Source: Nocardioides sp. | Lineage (GTDB): Bacteria > Actinomycetota > Actinomycetes > Propionibacteriales > Nocardioidaceae | NCBI GenBank assembly: GCA_025965335.1 | Contig: JAOPXC010000370.1 | Location: 2,397 to 66,396, forward strand | Reading direction: 5' to 3' | DNA length: 64,000 nucleotides | In this document: positions 35,478-45,989 of the stretch, piece after piece | Numbering within the stretch: position 1 is the first letter of the stretch | Layout: the number at the start of each line of letters is the position of its first letter | Notes under the pieces: model-generated | What the model saw: only the letters and a program-made list of their open reading frames with translations | What the model was told of the DNA's origin: nothing | Database searches by the model: none | Made by a program: the position numbers and the translations under genes

Positions 35478-37004
35478 TCAGACGGGTAGAACCTTCGCCC
35501 GCAGCCGCGTCCCGAGCAGCTCCTCGCTAGCGCCACAGACCGCGTCAAGTACGTCGTCATGAGCGCCCCGGGGGTACTCGAGCATCTGCTCCCGCAGCGT
35601 GGGGAAGTCCTCAGCCCACGCCATCCAACCCATCTGGCAGTAGTCCAGGTGTTCCTCGATGCGACGCGGCTTGGACTTCGAGGTGTGCCGGGGGACCAGC
35701 TTCACCCCCGGCGGCAACACCGGCTCGAGCTCGTTGCGATAGTTGTCCGCGCCGCCCTGGTTGTCCTCGACATACACCGTGTCGATCATCGGGTTGTCGT
35801 GACAGATCCGACTGACCATGTTCTTGCGCTCGTTCGGCTTCAGCTTGAAACCCTCCGCGTACAACACCACCGCACGGTTCCCCGCCAGCCCCACCACCGC
35901 GAGCCCGGTCGGATCCGACTTCGCGTTGGTGGTCACGCCGGGGTCCACCCACAGCACCGCACGCGAGCAACGCAGCCGGTCCAGGATCGGCGGCAGATCA
36001 CCCGGCGCCCACAGCCCGTCCTCCTGACTGCGCGGCCGGTTGTCGAAGTGCAGCGCGTACAGCCGGGTGTGCCGGATCGACCGCAGGTACTCCAACGACC
36101 ACTTCGCCGGCCAGATCGAGGACTCCGAACCGTCCGACACGGTCACGATCGCCGGGTAATGCCGAGGCCGGAACGCGTACTCGGCGACCCAATCCGCCTT
36201 CTCCCCGTACAACGACCGGACCATGTCGTGCGTCGCGGACCCGTACATCGTGGTCGTCCCCGCCCACTGCACCACCGCCCGATCGTTCATCGGCAGGATC
36301 GCCGCGACCGTGGACAGGCGCTGCTTCTTCTGGTGGATCGAGTAGTTGCCCTCATCGTCTTCAATGTCATCAAGCAAGATCATGTCCGGGCGCATGCCGT
36401 GGATGTTCGCGCCGAGCTGGTTCGAGTCGATCCCATGCGCCATCACCACAGCCCCGGACTTCGCCACATACATGTTCTTCGCATCCGACACCGAACGCCC
36501 ACCAGCCCGCGCCGGCGTACACAACTCCGGGAAGTCATCACGCAGCAACTCGTAGTTATCCAGGCAGTACTTGATGTTCCCCATGACCCGCTCAGCGGCC
36601 GTCTTGTTCGCCGCGAACGCCGCCACCATCCGCCGATGCCCATGCGCCAACGCCCAGATCGGCAACACGCAACACAACCACGTCGACTTCGCCGCACCCC
36701 GAGGGGCGATCCACGCCTGACGGATCTGCGCCGGCTCGAGGTTGCGATCCAGCCACAGCTCAGCCTCATAGGCCATGTCGATATGGAACTGAGACAGGTG
36801 GATGTCACGGCTGATCGTCGGATCAATCAGCCGGTGCTCCATATACAACAGCGCGAACAGCAACGGCGAAGTGCGGGTGATGGTCCGCCGGTAGTGGGCG
36901 TGCTCCATCAGCTGCGAGTTCAGCTTCCCGAGATGCCAGTCCAGATCAAACGACTCGGGCGCGTAGATGTACGGGACGTACTCAGCCTGAGCCGTTGCGG
37001 GCAC
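35478..37004 (-). CDS. Terminase large subunit (second system)
   Basis: Walker A APRGAAKST, G.RPD.ILLDDIED Walker B, GT coupling motif, RNase H-like nuclease WVDP...SD.TG, VEDNQGG, K..R, HDDVLDA; GGGAGG RBS before GTG 37004. Confidence 0.92.
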   Translation of the reverse strand: MPATAQAEYVPYIYAPESFDLDWHLGKLNSQLMEHAHYRRTITRTSPLLFALLYMEHRLIDPTISRDIHLSQFHIDMAYEAELWLDRNLEPAQIRQAWIAPRGAAKSTWLCCVLPIWALAHGHRRMVAAFAANKTAAERVMGNIKYCLDNYELLRDDFPELCTPARAGGRSVSDAKNMYVAKSGAVVMAHGIDSNQLGANIHGMRPDMILLDDIEDDEGNYSIHQKKQRLSTVAAILPMNDRAVVQWAGTTTMYGSATHDMVRSLYGEKADWVAEYAFRPRHYPAIVTVSDGSESSIWPAKWSLEYLRSIRHTRLYALHFDNRPRSQEDGLWAPGDLPPILDRLRCSRAVLWVDPGVTTNAKSDPTGLAVVGLAGNRAVVLYAEGFKLKPNERKNMVSRICHDNPMIDTVYVEDNQGGADNYRNELEPVLPPGVKLVPRHTSKSKPRRIEEHLDYCQMGWMAWAEDFPTLREQMLEYPRGAHDDVLDAVCGASEELLGTRLRAKVLPV

Positions 37005-37464
37005 GGATCTCAGCCTCCCGTTTGTCCGCATCCTCAGCGGCACGATCCATCGCGGCCTTCAACGACGCCGGAATCTCCGGGGATAGATGCCCCGAGATGG
37101 CCACCTTCTCCGGCGCGTCCAAGCCCATCAGGCGGGCACGCCGGGCCATCGTGGACACCTGCGAGTTGATGAGCTTCACGACCGCGTCGGGGTTGTCACC
37201 GACCGGGATCACGTTGCGTTCGGCGATCAGGCGAGCCTCGGCGTCGTCCAGCTTGTCCAGCTCGAACACGCGCAGCATGTCCGACTTCGGCGCGATCCTC
37301 TTGTTGATCTCATCGTTCAGTCGGTTGTGCACCGTGCCGACACCGAGGCCGACACGGCGCGCGATCTCCCTGATCGACAACCCCTGCATGCGCAGGTCAT
37401 AGCATTGTTCCTGCTCAGCGACGATCTTGGCGTCATTGCCCAAGGACTGCGCGTTGTATCCCAA
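36982..37464 (-). CDS. Terminase small subunit, HTH type (second system)
   Basis: LR.QG.S.REIA..VG....TV HTH, E...LD helix, RRARLMGLDAP.K motif; directly upstream of TerL. Confidence 0.85.
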   Translation of the reverse strand: MGYNAQSLGNDAKIVAEQEQCYDLRMQGLSIREIARRVGLGVGTVHNRLNDEINKRIAPKSDMLRVFELDKLDDAEARLIAERNVIPVGDNPDAVVKLINSQVSTMARRARLMGLDAPEKVAISGHLSPEIPASLKAAMDRAAEDADKREAEIRARNGSG

Positions 37465-37485
37465 GATCGTTCACCACCTATGTGT

Positions 37486-37749
37486 TCAGTCGCGCCGAGG
37501 ACCATCAGGCTTGCGGAAACGGTCCGGCTCCGGGGCCTGTTCAGGGTCGGAAAGATGCATCTCGTGGGTGTGGTGAGCACCGCCGCACGCCACCAAGAAC
37601 AGGACCCCAGCGCCCAAGATATTTAGCCAGCCGGCCCGGGAGAAGATGCTTCCGGCGAACAGCACCCCGCAGCCCCACGCCAAGATGTACGTGGCCCACA
37701 TGAGGCGTTCCTTGAACCGCGCGGCAGTCACCGCCGACACCGGGCACAC
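37486..37749 (-). CDS. Small membrane protein
   Basis: Two hydrophobic segments; start uncertain. Confidence 0.55.
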   Translation of the reverse strand: MCPVSAVTAARFKERLMWATYILAWGCGVLFAGSIFSRAGWLNILGAGVLFLVACGGAHHTHEMHLSDPEQAPEPDRFRKPDGPRRD

Positions 37750-37807
37750 CCAGGACAGATCTGCTTCTCACCCTGGTTGTCGCGGTAGATGCCGTGCCCG
37801 TCGCACA

Positions 37808-37954
37808 TCACGGGTTCCGCTTCTGCTTACCGCCGGACAGCTTCGACCCGGTGACGAGCTTGCCCTTGCCGCCGAAGCTGCCCATCGACTTCGACTGCTG
37901 GGCCTTGACCTTGCGGGTTGTGGTGGTGCGCACGGTCTTCGTGAAGAACCCCAT
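37808..37954 (-). CDS. Small very basic protein
   Basis: MGFFTKTVRTTTTRKVKAQQSKSMGSFGGKGK...; TGATG overlap. Confidence 0.6.
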   Translation of the reverse strand: MGFFTKTVRTTTTRKVKAQQSKSMGSFGGKGKLVTGSKLSGGKQKRNP

Positions 37955-38226
37955 CAGGACTCGTCCTCGATGCCGTGGAACGCCTCGAGCTCGCGGATGA
38001 ACAGCTCCAACAGCCACGCCCGGTTCGCCAACACCCGCTTATTGGTACCGCTCGTCGCGTCCCGCTGCTCCTGCAGGGCTTCCAACGCGATGCGGAGCTC
38101 GGTGGCCAGAACTGGCCCGTGGATTTCGTGCTCGTGCAGGCGCGGCTTGATGCGTCGCTGCGGGGTGGAGTGGTCACCGTTGAGTGTCAAGGTAGCGCCC
38201 GCGTGGGGGTCGCTGAGAGAATCCAT
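37954..38226 (-). CDS. Hypothetical protein
   Basis: GGAGCAGAGG RBS; first gene of leftward TerS/TerL operon. Confidence 0.65.
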   Translation of the reverse strand: MDSLSDPHAGATLTLNGDHSTPQRRIKPRLHEHEIHGPVLATELRIALEALQEQRDATSGTNKRVLANRAWLLELFIRELEAFHGIEDES

Positions 38227-38309
38227 GTGCCTCTGCTCCAGGTAGCTCTGGTGCGGGTGGAAGTCCTGGCTAGCAGTTCGAGCTGCTGGTCAGGGCGTTG
38301 GAGCTATCA

Positions 38310-38355
38310 ACCGTACATACGAGGGTTGGTCAGGACGAACCCGTACTATACACGG
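38310..38355. other. Candidate attP
   Basis: Dyad GGGTT-G-GTC [AG] GAC-G-AACCC centred on 38332-38333, non-coding, just upstream of integrase. Confidence 0.45.
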
Positions 38356-39822
38356 GTGCCGTCCAGTCAGGGAACCTCTCACGCACCGTTACGGGTGGGA
38401 CTTTACTGCCGCGTCAGCCACGATCCCACTGGTCGGGGAACTTCCGTCGCTGACCAGGAAAAAGAAGGGCGCGCTTGGTGCGCCGCGAACGGGCACCTGG
38501 TGGCCTGGCTGATTGTCGACAACGACATCAGCGCGAGCCGGTACAGCAAGAAGGAACGCCCCGGGTTCACCGAAGTGCAGCGGCGGTTGGCCGGCGCCGA
38601 CCCGGTAGAGATCCTGTGGGCGTGGGAGTCGTCGCGGTTCACCCGCGACCTGAAGGTCTACGCGCAAGTCCGGGCGCTGTGTGAGCGCTACGAGGTGCTG
38701 TGGTCCTATCACGGCAAGACCTACGACATGTCCCGCGCGGACGACCGGTTCTCCACCGCGCTGGACGTGATCCTGGGCGAGCGGGCGTCGGACGACACGA
38801 GCGATCGAGTACAGAGAGCGGTGGATGCCCGGGTGGAAGCCGGTACAGCGCACGGACGAGTCCCGTACGGCTACCGGGCTGTATACCATCCGCACACCGG
38901 TGCTCCGATCGGTCGGGAACCGGACCCGGGCACCGCACCGGTAGTGAAGGAGATCGTGCGCCGAGTGCTCGGCGAAGAGCCCAGCTACCAGATCGCCAAG
39001 GATCTGAACAGGCGCGGCGTGATCTCCCCGCACGGGTTCCGGCTGCAGCGCACCGGTAAGTCGGTGGACGATGCCCGGCCGTGGACGATCAGCCTGGTTC
39101 GGCAGCTCGCGGAGAACCCCACCTACGCCGCGCTGCGCACTCACGACGGTGAAGTGAAGGGTGAGGCCACCTGGGAGCCGATCATCTCGGTGGCGCAGCA
39201 CCGGCGAGTGGTGGCCCGCTTCTCCGATCCGGCGCGGAAGAACACCCGAGACCGCGAGGTGAAGCACCTGCTGGCCGGGATTGTGCTGTGCGGGGTGTGC
39301 GGCGATCCGTGCCGGCGTGTAGTGAACCACGGCAGCCCCAGCTACTCGTGCCGCACCAACCACTGCGTGTCCCGGGTGCAGTCGGCGGTGGACGGGCTGG
39401 TGACCGAGACGCTGCTGTTGTGGTTGGAGCGCCCCAACGCGGCGCAGGTGTTTACCAGCCGCGATGACAGCGCCGAGGTCGACGCGGCCGTTGCGGAGCT
39501 AGCGGAGTTGCGGGCGCGCCTCGCCGAGTTCGAACGGTCCGCCGACCAGCCGGGCGGGATCTCCGCCGCGTCACTGGCCCGTCGGGAGGCGCACTACCTG
39601 CCGCTGATCGAGGACGCCCGCCGGCGCACCATCCCGACGCACGTACCGGAGGTTATCCGGGACTTGGTGGAGGCCGAGGATGTGCGGGAACGATGGGCGG
39701 ATCTGACCCCGTTGGTGCAGCGGTCGGTGGTGCGCCACCTAATGACGGTGCGGATCATGCGGACGTCGAGCCGTGGGTCGCACGGGTTCGATCCGTCGTG
39801 CGTCGACATCGAGTGGCTCTAA
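38356..39822 (+). CDS. int: Large serine integrase
   Basis: YCRVS, DNDISAS, RPGF, WESSRFTR catalytic domain; G..PYGY recombinase domain; LLAGIV.CG.CG...Y.C zinc ribbon; coiled coil. Confidence 0.95.
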   Translation: MPSSQGTSHAPLRVGLYCRVSHDPTGRGTSVADQEKEGRAWCAANGHLVAWLIVDNDISASRYSKKERPGFTEVQRRLAGADPVEILWAWESSRFTRDLKVYAQVRALCERYEVLWSYHGKTYDMSRADDRFSTALDVILGERASDDTSDRVQRAVDARVEAGTAHGRVPYGYRAVYHPHTGAPIGREPDPGTAPVVKEIVRRVLGEEPSYQIAKDLNRRGVISPHGFRLQRTGKSVDDARPWTISLVRQLAENPTYAALRTHDGEVKGEATWEPIISVAQHRRVVARFSDPARKNTRDREVKHLLAGIVLCGVCGDPCRRVVNHGSPSYSCRTNHCVSRVQSAVDGLVTETLLLWLERPNAAQVFTSRDDSAEVDAAVAELAELRARLAEFERSADQPGGISAASLARREAHYLPLIEDARRRTIPTHVPEVIRDLVEAEDVRERWADLTPLVQRSVVRHLMTVRIMRTSSRGSHGFDPSCVDIEWL

Positions 39823-40166
39823 CTCTTGCGTGACCGTGCCGCGAGGGGCTCGAGAGCCCGCTGGAACGGAATGATCAAGGCAAGTGCGACCGCCCCGATC
39901 AGCGCAATGGGTGTAACGAACTCCGGTGCGGCATCCGGGCCGAATTGTAAGTACAGGATGGCACGCCCGGTTAACCAGTGAAAATCGTAGAGTGGTAAGC
40001 CTGGCCTGACCCAGATTGCCCGCAGTTCGCGGCTCACCGCTATCGGAACGGTGAGGTTTTCATCAATGTTGAACTCTATGTCGAGAGAATTTTCGAACCG
40101 GTCCCTGAGCCACTGAGCTGCAGGTTCTTCATAATATGGATCTTGTTCGGCTGGTGCACATGACAT
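39819..40166 (-). CDS. ImmA/IrrE-like protein lacking HEXXH
   Basis: Position between int and repressor; IWVRPGL motif; low GC. Confidence 0.45.
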   Translation of the reverse strand: MSCAPAEQDPYYEEPAAQWLRDRFENSLDIEFNIDENLTVPIAVSRELRAIWVRPGLPLYDFHWLTGRAILYLQFGPDAAPEFVTPIALIGAVALALIIPFQRALEPLAARSRKS

Positions 40167-40337
40167 ATCTCAGCCTCTTGTCGGACTGTGGATGCACCGC
40201 GAGCCGATCAGGGTCTGGGACCAACTTGGTGCGCTTAACGACGGGTTAACATCCCGCTGTCGCGCGTGTGGGCTAGAGCGTTACTGCGTCCGTTGGAACG
40301 GTATACAACGGTACCGGAGTGCAATGTGGACACGGTA

Positions 40338-40682
40338 CTACCCCGTATCGCTCGCACCCGTTCGTGGCCGGTAATACGCAGTATCAGTGGCCTGATCAGC
40401 ATGTGGAGGGGAGCGGCGCGACTTAGATTCCCGCTCCGCTCCGCGCTCGAGCCGCCGGGCCATCTCGGCGAGGAACTCGGCGTCGGACGCTTCGGACAGG
40501 GTGGGTTCGATCTTGCGCGCGGGGTCGATGAATCCTTCGACCGCTGGGATCCCGGACTCGGGGATGCCGTCAGCTTCCCAGCGTCCGAGGGTGCGCTCGC
40601 CGATGTTGAGGATCTCGGCCGCTTGCTTCCTGGATAGACGCCGGGCTTCACGGGCCCGACGCAGGTCTCTCCCCGTGATCAT
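40338..40682 (-). CDS. Immunity repressor (XRE HTH)
   Basis: LRRAREARRLS...AAEILNIGERTLGRWE; L..ASD.E.LAE..RR C-terminal motif. Confidence 0.85.
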   Translation of the reverse strand: MITGRDLRRAREARRLSRKQAAEILNIGERTLGRWEADGIPESGIPAVEGFIDPARKIEPTLSEASDAEFLAEMARRLERGAERESKSRRSPPHADQATDTAYYRPRTGASDTG

Positions 40683-40689
40683 GAATAGG

Positions 40690-40854
40690 GAGTCTACGGC
40701 CACTTTTGGCCACAGTTGGCCACCTTTAAGCGTCGTCACAGGAAATCCCCGTCCTCTGGCGTACGTGCCAGCTTGACCGCCTAGTTACTGTTTGGCCAGA
40801 GATCTACCTAGATCGGCCTTGACTGGCTAAGTCAACTGTGGCCATACTTGGCCA
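40690..40854. promoter_or_regulatory. Genetic switch: divergent promoters and operators
   Basis: Rightward TTGACT(40819)-N18-CATACT(40843) then ATG; leftward -10 TAGACT; inverted 12-mer CAACTGTGGCCA at 40707-40718 and 40833-40844; multiple TGGCCA. Confidence 0.75.
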
Positions 40855-41076
40855 ATGCAGGGCAGACACGTTCAAGGAGAAGTTCTCAGGAACATCCGGG
40901 AGCGACGGGGACTTATGCGGACTGAGCTAGCGCGCCGCTCGCGTGTCTCCCTGTCTCTCATCAAACTCATCGAGCTTCAGGGCCACCAACCCTCGGCACC
41001 CAAGGCGCAACTGATCGCCGACGCCCTCGGCGTCAACCTCGACGAGTTCAGCACCCTCGACGAGCAAGCGGCGTGA
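40855..41076 (+). CDS. Cro-like XRE regulator
   Basis: LR.IRERRGL...ELARRSRVS.S.I..IE...PS....IADALGV. Confidence 0.9.
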   Translation: MQGRHVQGEVLRNIRERRGLMRTELARRSRVSLSLIKLIELQGHQPSAPKAQLIADALGVNLDEFSTLDEQAA

Positions 41077-44000
41077 TGGACGAGCACCTGACCGGGCTCA
41101 GCCCGGAACTCATCGCACTCATCCGCAAGGCGGCGGCAGCACATGCCACCGCCGCTCCGGCCCCGACTGCGGAGCAGATCAAGAAGCTGTCGGCGATCTT
41201 CCAGCCGACCAGGGGCAGGAGCGAAGCCGCCTAGCCCTACAGCACGAAAAGGGCCGCCCGCCTGGCAGCAGAAACGGCCCTTATTCCTCGTAACGAGATT
41301 CCAACCTGGAAGGTACGGAGCCCGCTGTGCAAACTCTAACGGCTCAGTCGCCGATCTTTCTACAGCTAGTGACCCGAATCGCCCGAACGGTGGCTCACGG
41401 TCACCGGGGCGCTCACCAGTCGCGTCACGCTGGACACGTCGGCACCGGCAACACGTTGCTGGTTGCCCCAACGGCCCAGCGCGGCACCGGCAAGCACCGG
41501 GTGTCGGCATGACCCGGCCGCGTCCGACTCCGCGTCCCCGCCCCAAGCCGAAGGCCACCGACCCCAAGCCGGGCGGCGACACGGGGGACAAGCCCGCCGC
41601 CGAGGTCACACACCTGGGCCACCGGATGCGCCGGTCCGTGAACCCCATCGGCTTCGACGCCGCGACCGCGTGTCAGTCCGGTACCGGGCTGGTCTCGGCG
41701 CCCGAAGGGGATGACGTCGCATGAGCCTCGACGAGCTGGCACGCGAGTTTGAAGACGCACACCCCGACGTGGCGCACATGGTTGAGATGGTGATGCTCGA
41801 GCAGCTCGACGAGATGCTGGGCGATTCCAGCGTGGTCGACCTGTTCGACGAGGCCGATGTGTTGAGCCTGGACATCCGGAAGCGGTACGCGGACGAGTTG
41901 CGCCGGCGCCTTGAAAGCTGGGTGTCGGCATGAGTGCCCCGGAACGCAACATCGCCGTGATCAGCACCATCCACACCTCCGAGCTCGCCATCCGCGACGA
42001 CGACCCGCACTGGACCGAGATCCACCGGGTGCTCGGCTGGACCCGCCTCAGCGACGGCATCAGCTGCTCGTTGGCGTGCGGCGGTTCGGTGAAGTCCCAG
42101 GAACTTCCGGTGGCGCTGTCGTCCGGGGAGATCACCGGCCCACTTTGCGAACACTGTTTTGGATTCTTGATCCGGAGCTCGGCATGAACGGCACCGTCGA
42201 CCACTTCGACCTCGCCGAACAGACCATCGAGAAGGTCGCGGACCTGTACCGCAAGAGCGCCCCGATGGAGCACGTGAACCTGTGGGTGCAGATCGCCGGC
42301 GTCCACGCCCAGCTCGCGCAAGTGCAGCAACAGCAGATTCTCTGGACCGGAGAAGTCGCATGACCGACACCGAAGCCGCCCGCCGGCTCACCCTGCTCTC
42401 CCTCCTTGAGGCCGCCGCCCGGCTGGAAGTGCGCACCGGGTTGGTGGCCGCGAAGTACTGCCGCGACTGTTGGAGTGTTCTGGCCGAGTTGGAGATGGGC
42501 TGCGACTGCCTGGACGCGGCTCAGGCCATGGTGTTGTCCGCTGAGCACTGGCTCGATGGGCAGGTGGCCGCGTGAGCGCCTCCTACCGCACCACCCTGGT
42601 CAAGGCCCAGGACTTCCTCGCGTTCGACACCAGCATTGACGCTGCCATTCAGCGGGATCAGATCGCCAACGCGCTCACGGAGCTGCGCAACGGTGTCACG
42701 TCGCCGGCGGTTGAGGCGACCGTGTTGATGGCCGAGCTGATCGCCGGGGGTGCGTGATGGTCATTGTCATTGCCGCCTGGTTGATCTTCGGGCTGCTGCT
42801 GCTCGGCACGGCCGCTGTTGTGTGGTTGGGAATCGACACGGTTGTGCGGGGCTACCAGCTGTGGGAACAGCGCAATCAGGACCGTGAGGAAAACCGATGA
42901 TGTGGCTGTTCGTCTTCTTCCTCTGGGTCATGTGCGCCGCGCTGATCTCCATGGCGCTCGGTAAAGCGATCCGCATCGGCGACCTCGAGCAGGCGCAGCG
43001 CAACCGGGTCAACCAAGCCATCGCCGTGCTGGAGCTGCAGTTCCACGGGGGTGCCCGGTGACCACCAAGCGGTACTACGCGAAACGCGGCGCGGCAACGG
43101 TCGGCGCCACCGTCATCGGACTCATCTGCGCGGTGCTCTGGGTAGCCGGCGCAATCCTGATCGGCTCAAGGCTCGGCGAGCTGTGGGCCGGGGACAGAAG
43201 GGCAGCAGCGTGAGGACCCGCGAGGAACTGCAGACGGAGAACAACCTCCTCCGGGCCGCTATGCGCGACGTAGAGAAGTGGGCCGGCGTGCGGGAAACCA
43301 TTGTCCGGATTCGCGAGGAAGCCGGCCGCTCCGTCGTCCCCGACTTCCGGGCCGGTTTATTGCTGGCGGCCGGAATGCTTGAGGGGGCGTTGTGAAGCTC
43401 ACCGCCCAGATCGTGTGTGCCGTCTACGTGGTCACCACGTTGACCTGCGCGAAAGCGCTCTACGTGGGTGCCCGTGAGGTTGGGCACCGAGCCTGGGTGG
43501 TGGCGCGCTGATGCCCAGATATGTCGAAGAGTTCACCGACGTCAACATGAGCTACCGCGACTACGAGAACTGGCGCAACGAAACGCTGATCGCCAACGAA
43601 GAGCGGCTCGAGCTGCTCGACGAGGTTAAGGCCGGTGAGGGCCGAGAGAGCGCTCTGCACGATCAGATCAGGTACCTGGAGGACAAGCTCATTCTTGAGC
43701 AGTCCAACTACACCCTCGGTGGCACACCGCCCGGTTATCACGAGCCGGGGGCGTGGGCGAACCGCGCCCAACCGCCGCCTTCGGCCTCGGACGAATCGGC
43801 GCCGCCGTTGAAGCGGGGCCTGTCATGAGCCAGGGCCGCGATTTCGTCTCCGAGTTCAAGGCGGACATGTACCAGTTCATTGCCGAAAACCCCCCGCTGG
43901 TGTTGCCGCCGCTGCCGCTCGACGTGCTCCCACTCCTGACCTACATCGACCATCTCGATTCGGTCGGCGCCCTAACCAGCGCCGTCAGCGACAAGCTCCG

Positions 44001-44367
44001 CTCCCTGATCAAGGAGATCCCCAAGTGAAGCACCGCAGACCTTCCCGCGACAACCGTGGCGGCGCCGCCTGCATCCTCGCCACCTACGCGGTCGCCGCCG
44101 GCGCCCTCGCCGTGGTGTACGCCGCCGTCAACCCACTACCCGCCACCCAGATCCGAGACCTAGTCAGCCCGCCGGCCGCTTCGGCGTCAGTGCCGACCAG
44201 GCCGTTGTCCGTGCTGCCGGGGATGGGCAGCGGGTTGGAGTTGGTGCGGATCCCGCGCGGCCTGGACGTGCACACAGTTCCGTGGTCGACGGGTGCGGCG
44301 CATCGGCCCGTTCACTTACATATCGAAGGGGGATATGTAAGTGAACGCCACTCCGAAAGGCACGAGC

Positions 44368-44589
44368 ATGTCGGACGGCACCGCGCCCCGGTTCGCAAAC
44401 TACAAGCGCACCACGATCCATTCGAGTGGGGAAATCACCGAGGACACGATCACGGTGCAGGTCCCGCCGGCGGAATGGGCGACGGTCACCATCGGGAACA
44501 GTCCGGACGACACCACGTGGACGGATCTGGTGATTTTCACGGACACCCCTCCGACGGAGGCCGTCACCACCGCAACGACGGACACGTAG
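44368..44589 (+). CDS. Hypothetical protein nested in another reading frame
   Basis: GAAAGG RBS, strong GC3 bias; lies inside ORF 44025..44675. Confidence 0.6.
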   Translation: MSDGTAPRFANYKRTTIHSSGEITEDTITVQVPPAEWATVTIGNSPDDTTWTDLVIFTDTPPTEAVTTATTDT

Positions 44590-45379
44590 GCGAACACCAC
44601 CAGGGCTCGCACTCGCAGGGCGGTCACCACGCCGAGCACGGGGGCGATCACGGGGGCGGACGGGCCGATGGCTGAGCTGCGCTTACTCGACTGCCCCGAA
44701 TGCGGTGAGCAGATCCCCGTCAAGGTCACCATCGGCGATGGCGACGAGACCGGATTCCCGATCAGCGTAATGCGCGCCGACTACCTGGCCGCGCAACTCG
44801 AACACGACCTGCGAATGGGACTTAGTCATGGGTGACGAGAAAGTAATGACCAAGCACGGGATCGGCGTCGTCTGTGGCCGTTACCGGAACTACTACGGCG
44901 ACGGCGTGATCGTGGACATCAAGGGCGTCCGGTTCTACTTCGACAGCCAGGATGTGTCCACTTACCAGCCCCATCTAGCTGGGTGGACGGCGGGTAAGCG
45001 CGATGTTCTCGGCAGGGCAGCATGACCGCCCCCAACGCCTTCGACCCCGCCACGATCAAACTCCGCGCCGATTTGGATGAGGCCCGCGCCGTGGTCGGGT
45101 TCTTCCGGCCCACGATCCGGCCGCTGTTGCTGTCTGAGCTGACCTGGCGGATGGCCGGGTGGAACGGGCAACGGCCACTGCTCGAGGCGCTCGTCGCCGA
45201 CATTTTGGCCGACGGGTTCGTGCTGAAGGCGGCGACGTGAACGCCACCTGGCCCAAGTGCCCCACGTGCGGTGTTGATCTTTGGCAGGTGTGGGTTGGGT
45301 CGCCGCTGCGGCTGGCACAGGGCTGCTCACAGTGCACCCCCCGCGAGGACGTCTACGCCCTGTTCGAGGAGGACACGAC

Positions 45380-45640
45380 GTGAAGGAGGAGGACGCCGAG
45401 CACGGCACGTATGCCTCGTATCAACAGTGCCTTAAGCGGCCCGAGGGCACTTGTGAGCCCTGCCGGAAGGCGGGGGCCGAGTACATGCGGCAGTGGCGCA
45501 AAGACCGCCCGCTGGCCTACGGGCGGGAGAGGGCGAAGACGAACGCGCGAGGTCGGGCATGGGCCCGGCTGGCGCACATGCAACCCACCCTGTTCCAGGC
45601 GCTGTACCAGGAAGAACTAGAACGAGGTGAGGCATCGTGA
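45380..45640 (+). CDS. Zn-binding protein (HGT..Y..C.....C.PC)
   Basis: Motif common in actinophage early genes; GAGGAGG RBS. Confidence 0.7.
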   Translation: MKEEDAEHGTYASYQQCLKRPEGTCEPCRKAGAEYMRQWRKDRPLAYGRERAKTNARGRAWARLAHMQPTLFQALYQEELERGEAS

Positions 45641-45779
45641 CCTGCCCACGCTGCGAAAAACAGGTCCAAGTCGTCCTCGAGATCGCCATGTGCGTCGACC
45701 GCGTGCACTGCCTATGGGCCGACCTCGACCACCGACACCTGGACATCCTGCGCGACGCATTCGAGCTCGTGGAGGCCGC

Positions 45780-45989
45780 GTGAACAACACCGACCCCACC
45801 ATCAGCGAACGCCACATCCAAATCCTCGCCCTCGTCGCCGAAGGCATGACCAACGCCCAAATCGGCGCCGAACTCCACCTATCCCGCCACACCGTGAACA
45901 CACACCTCAAAGACTTCTATCGCCGCTTCGGGGCCAACGACCGGGCGCACGCCGTTTTGCTGGCGATGCGGGCGGGGGTGCTGCGGTGA
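45780..45989 (+). CDS. Stand-alone LuxR-family HTH regulator
   Basis: SER..QIL.LVAEG.TN.QI..EL.LS..TV.THL. Confidence 0.9.
   Translation: MNNTDPTISERHIQILALVAEGMTNAQIGAELHLSRHTVNTHLKDFYRRFGANDRAHAVLLAMRAGVLR

Noticed and set aside
31978-37169. Plus-strand ORFs of 546 and 536 aa
   Set aside because: Antisense shadows of the FtsK-like and TerL genes.
37975-38355. N-terminal 127 aa of the 615-aa integrase ORF
   Set aside because: Overlaps a minus-strand gene and the attP/promoter region; catalytic domain begins just after GTG 38356.
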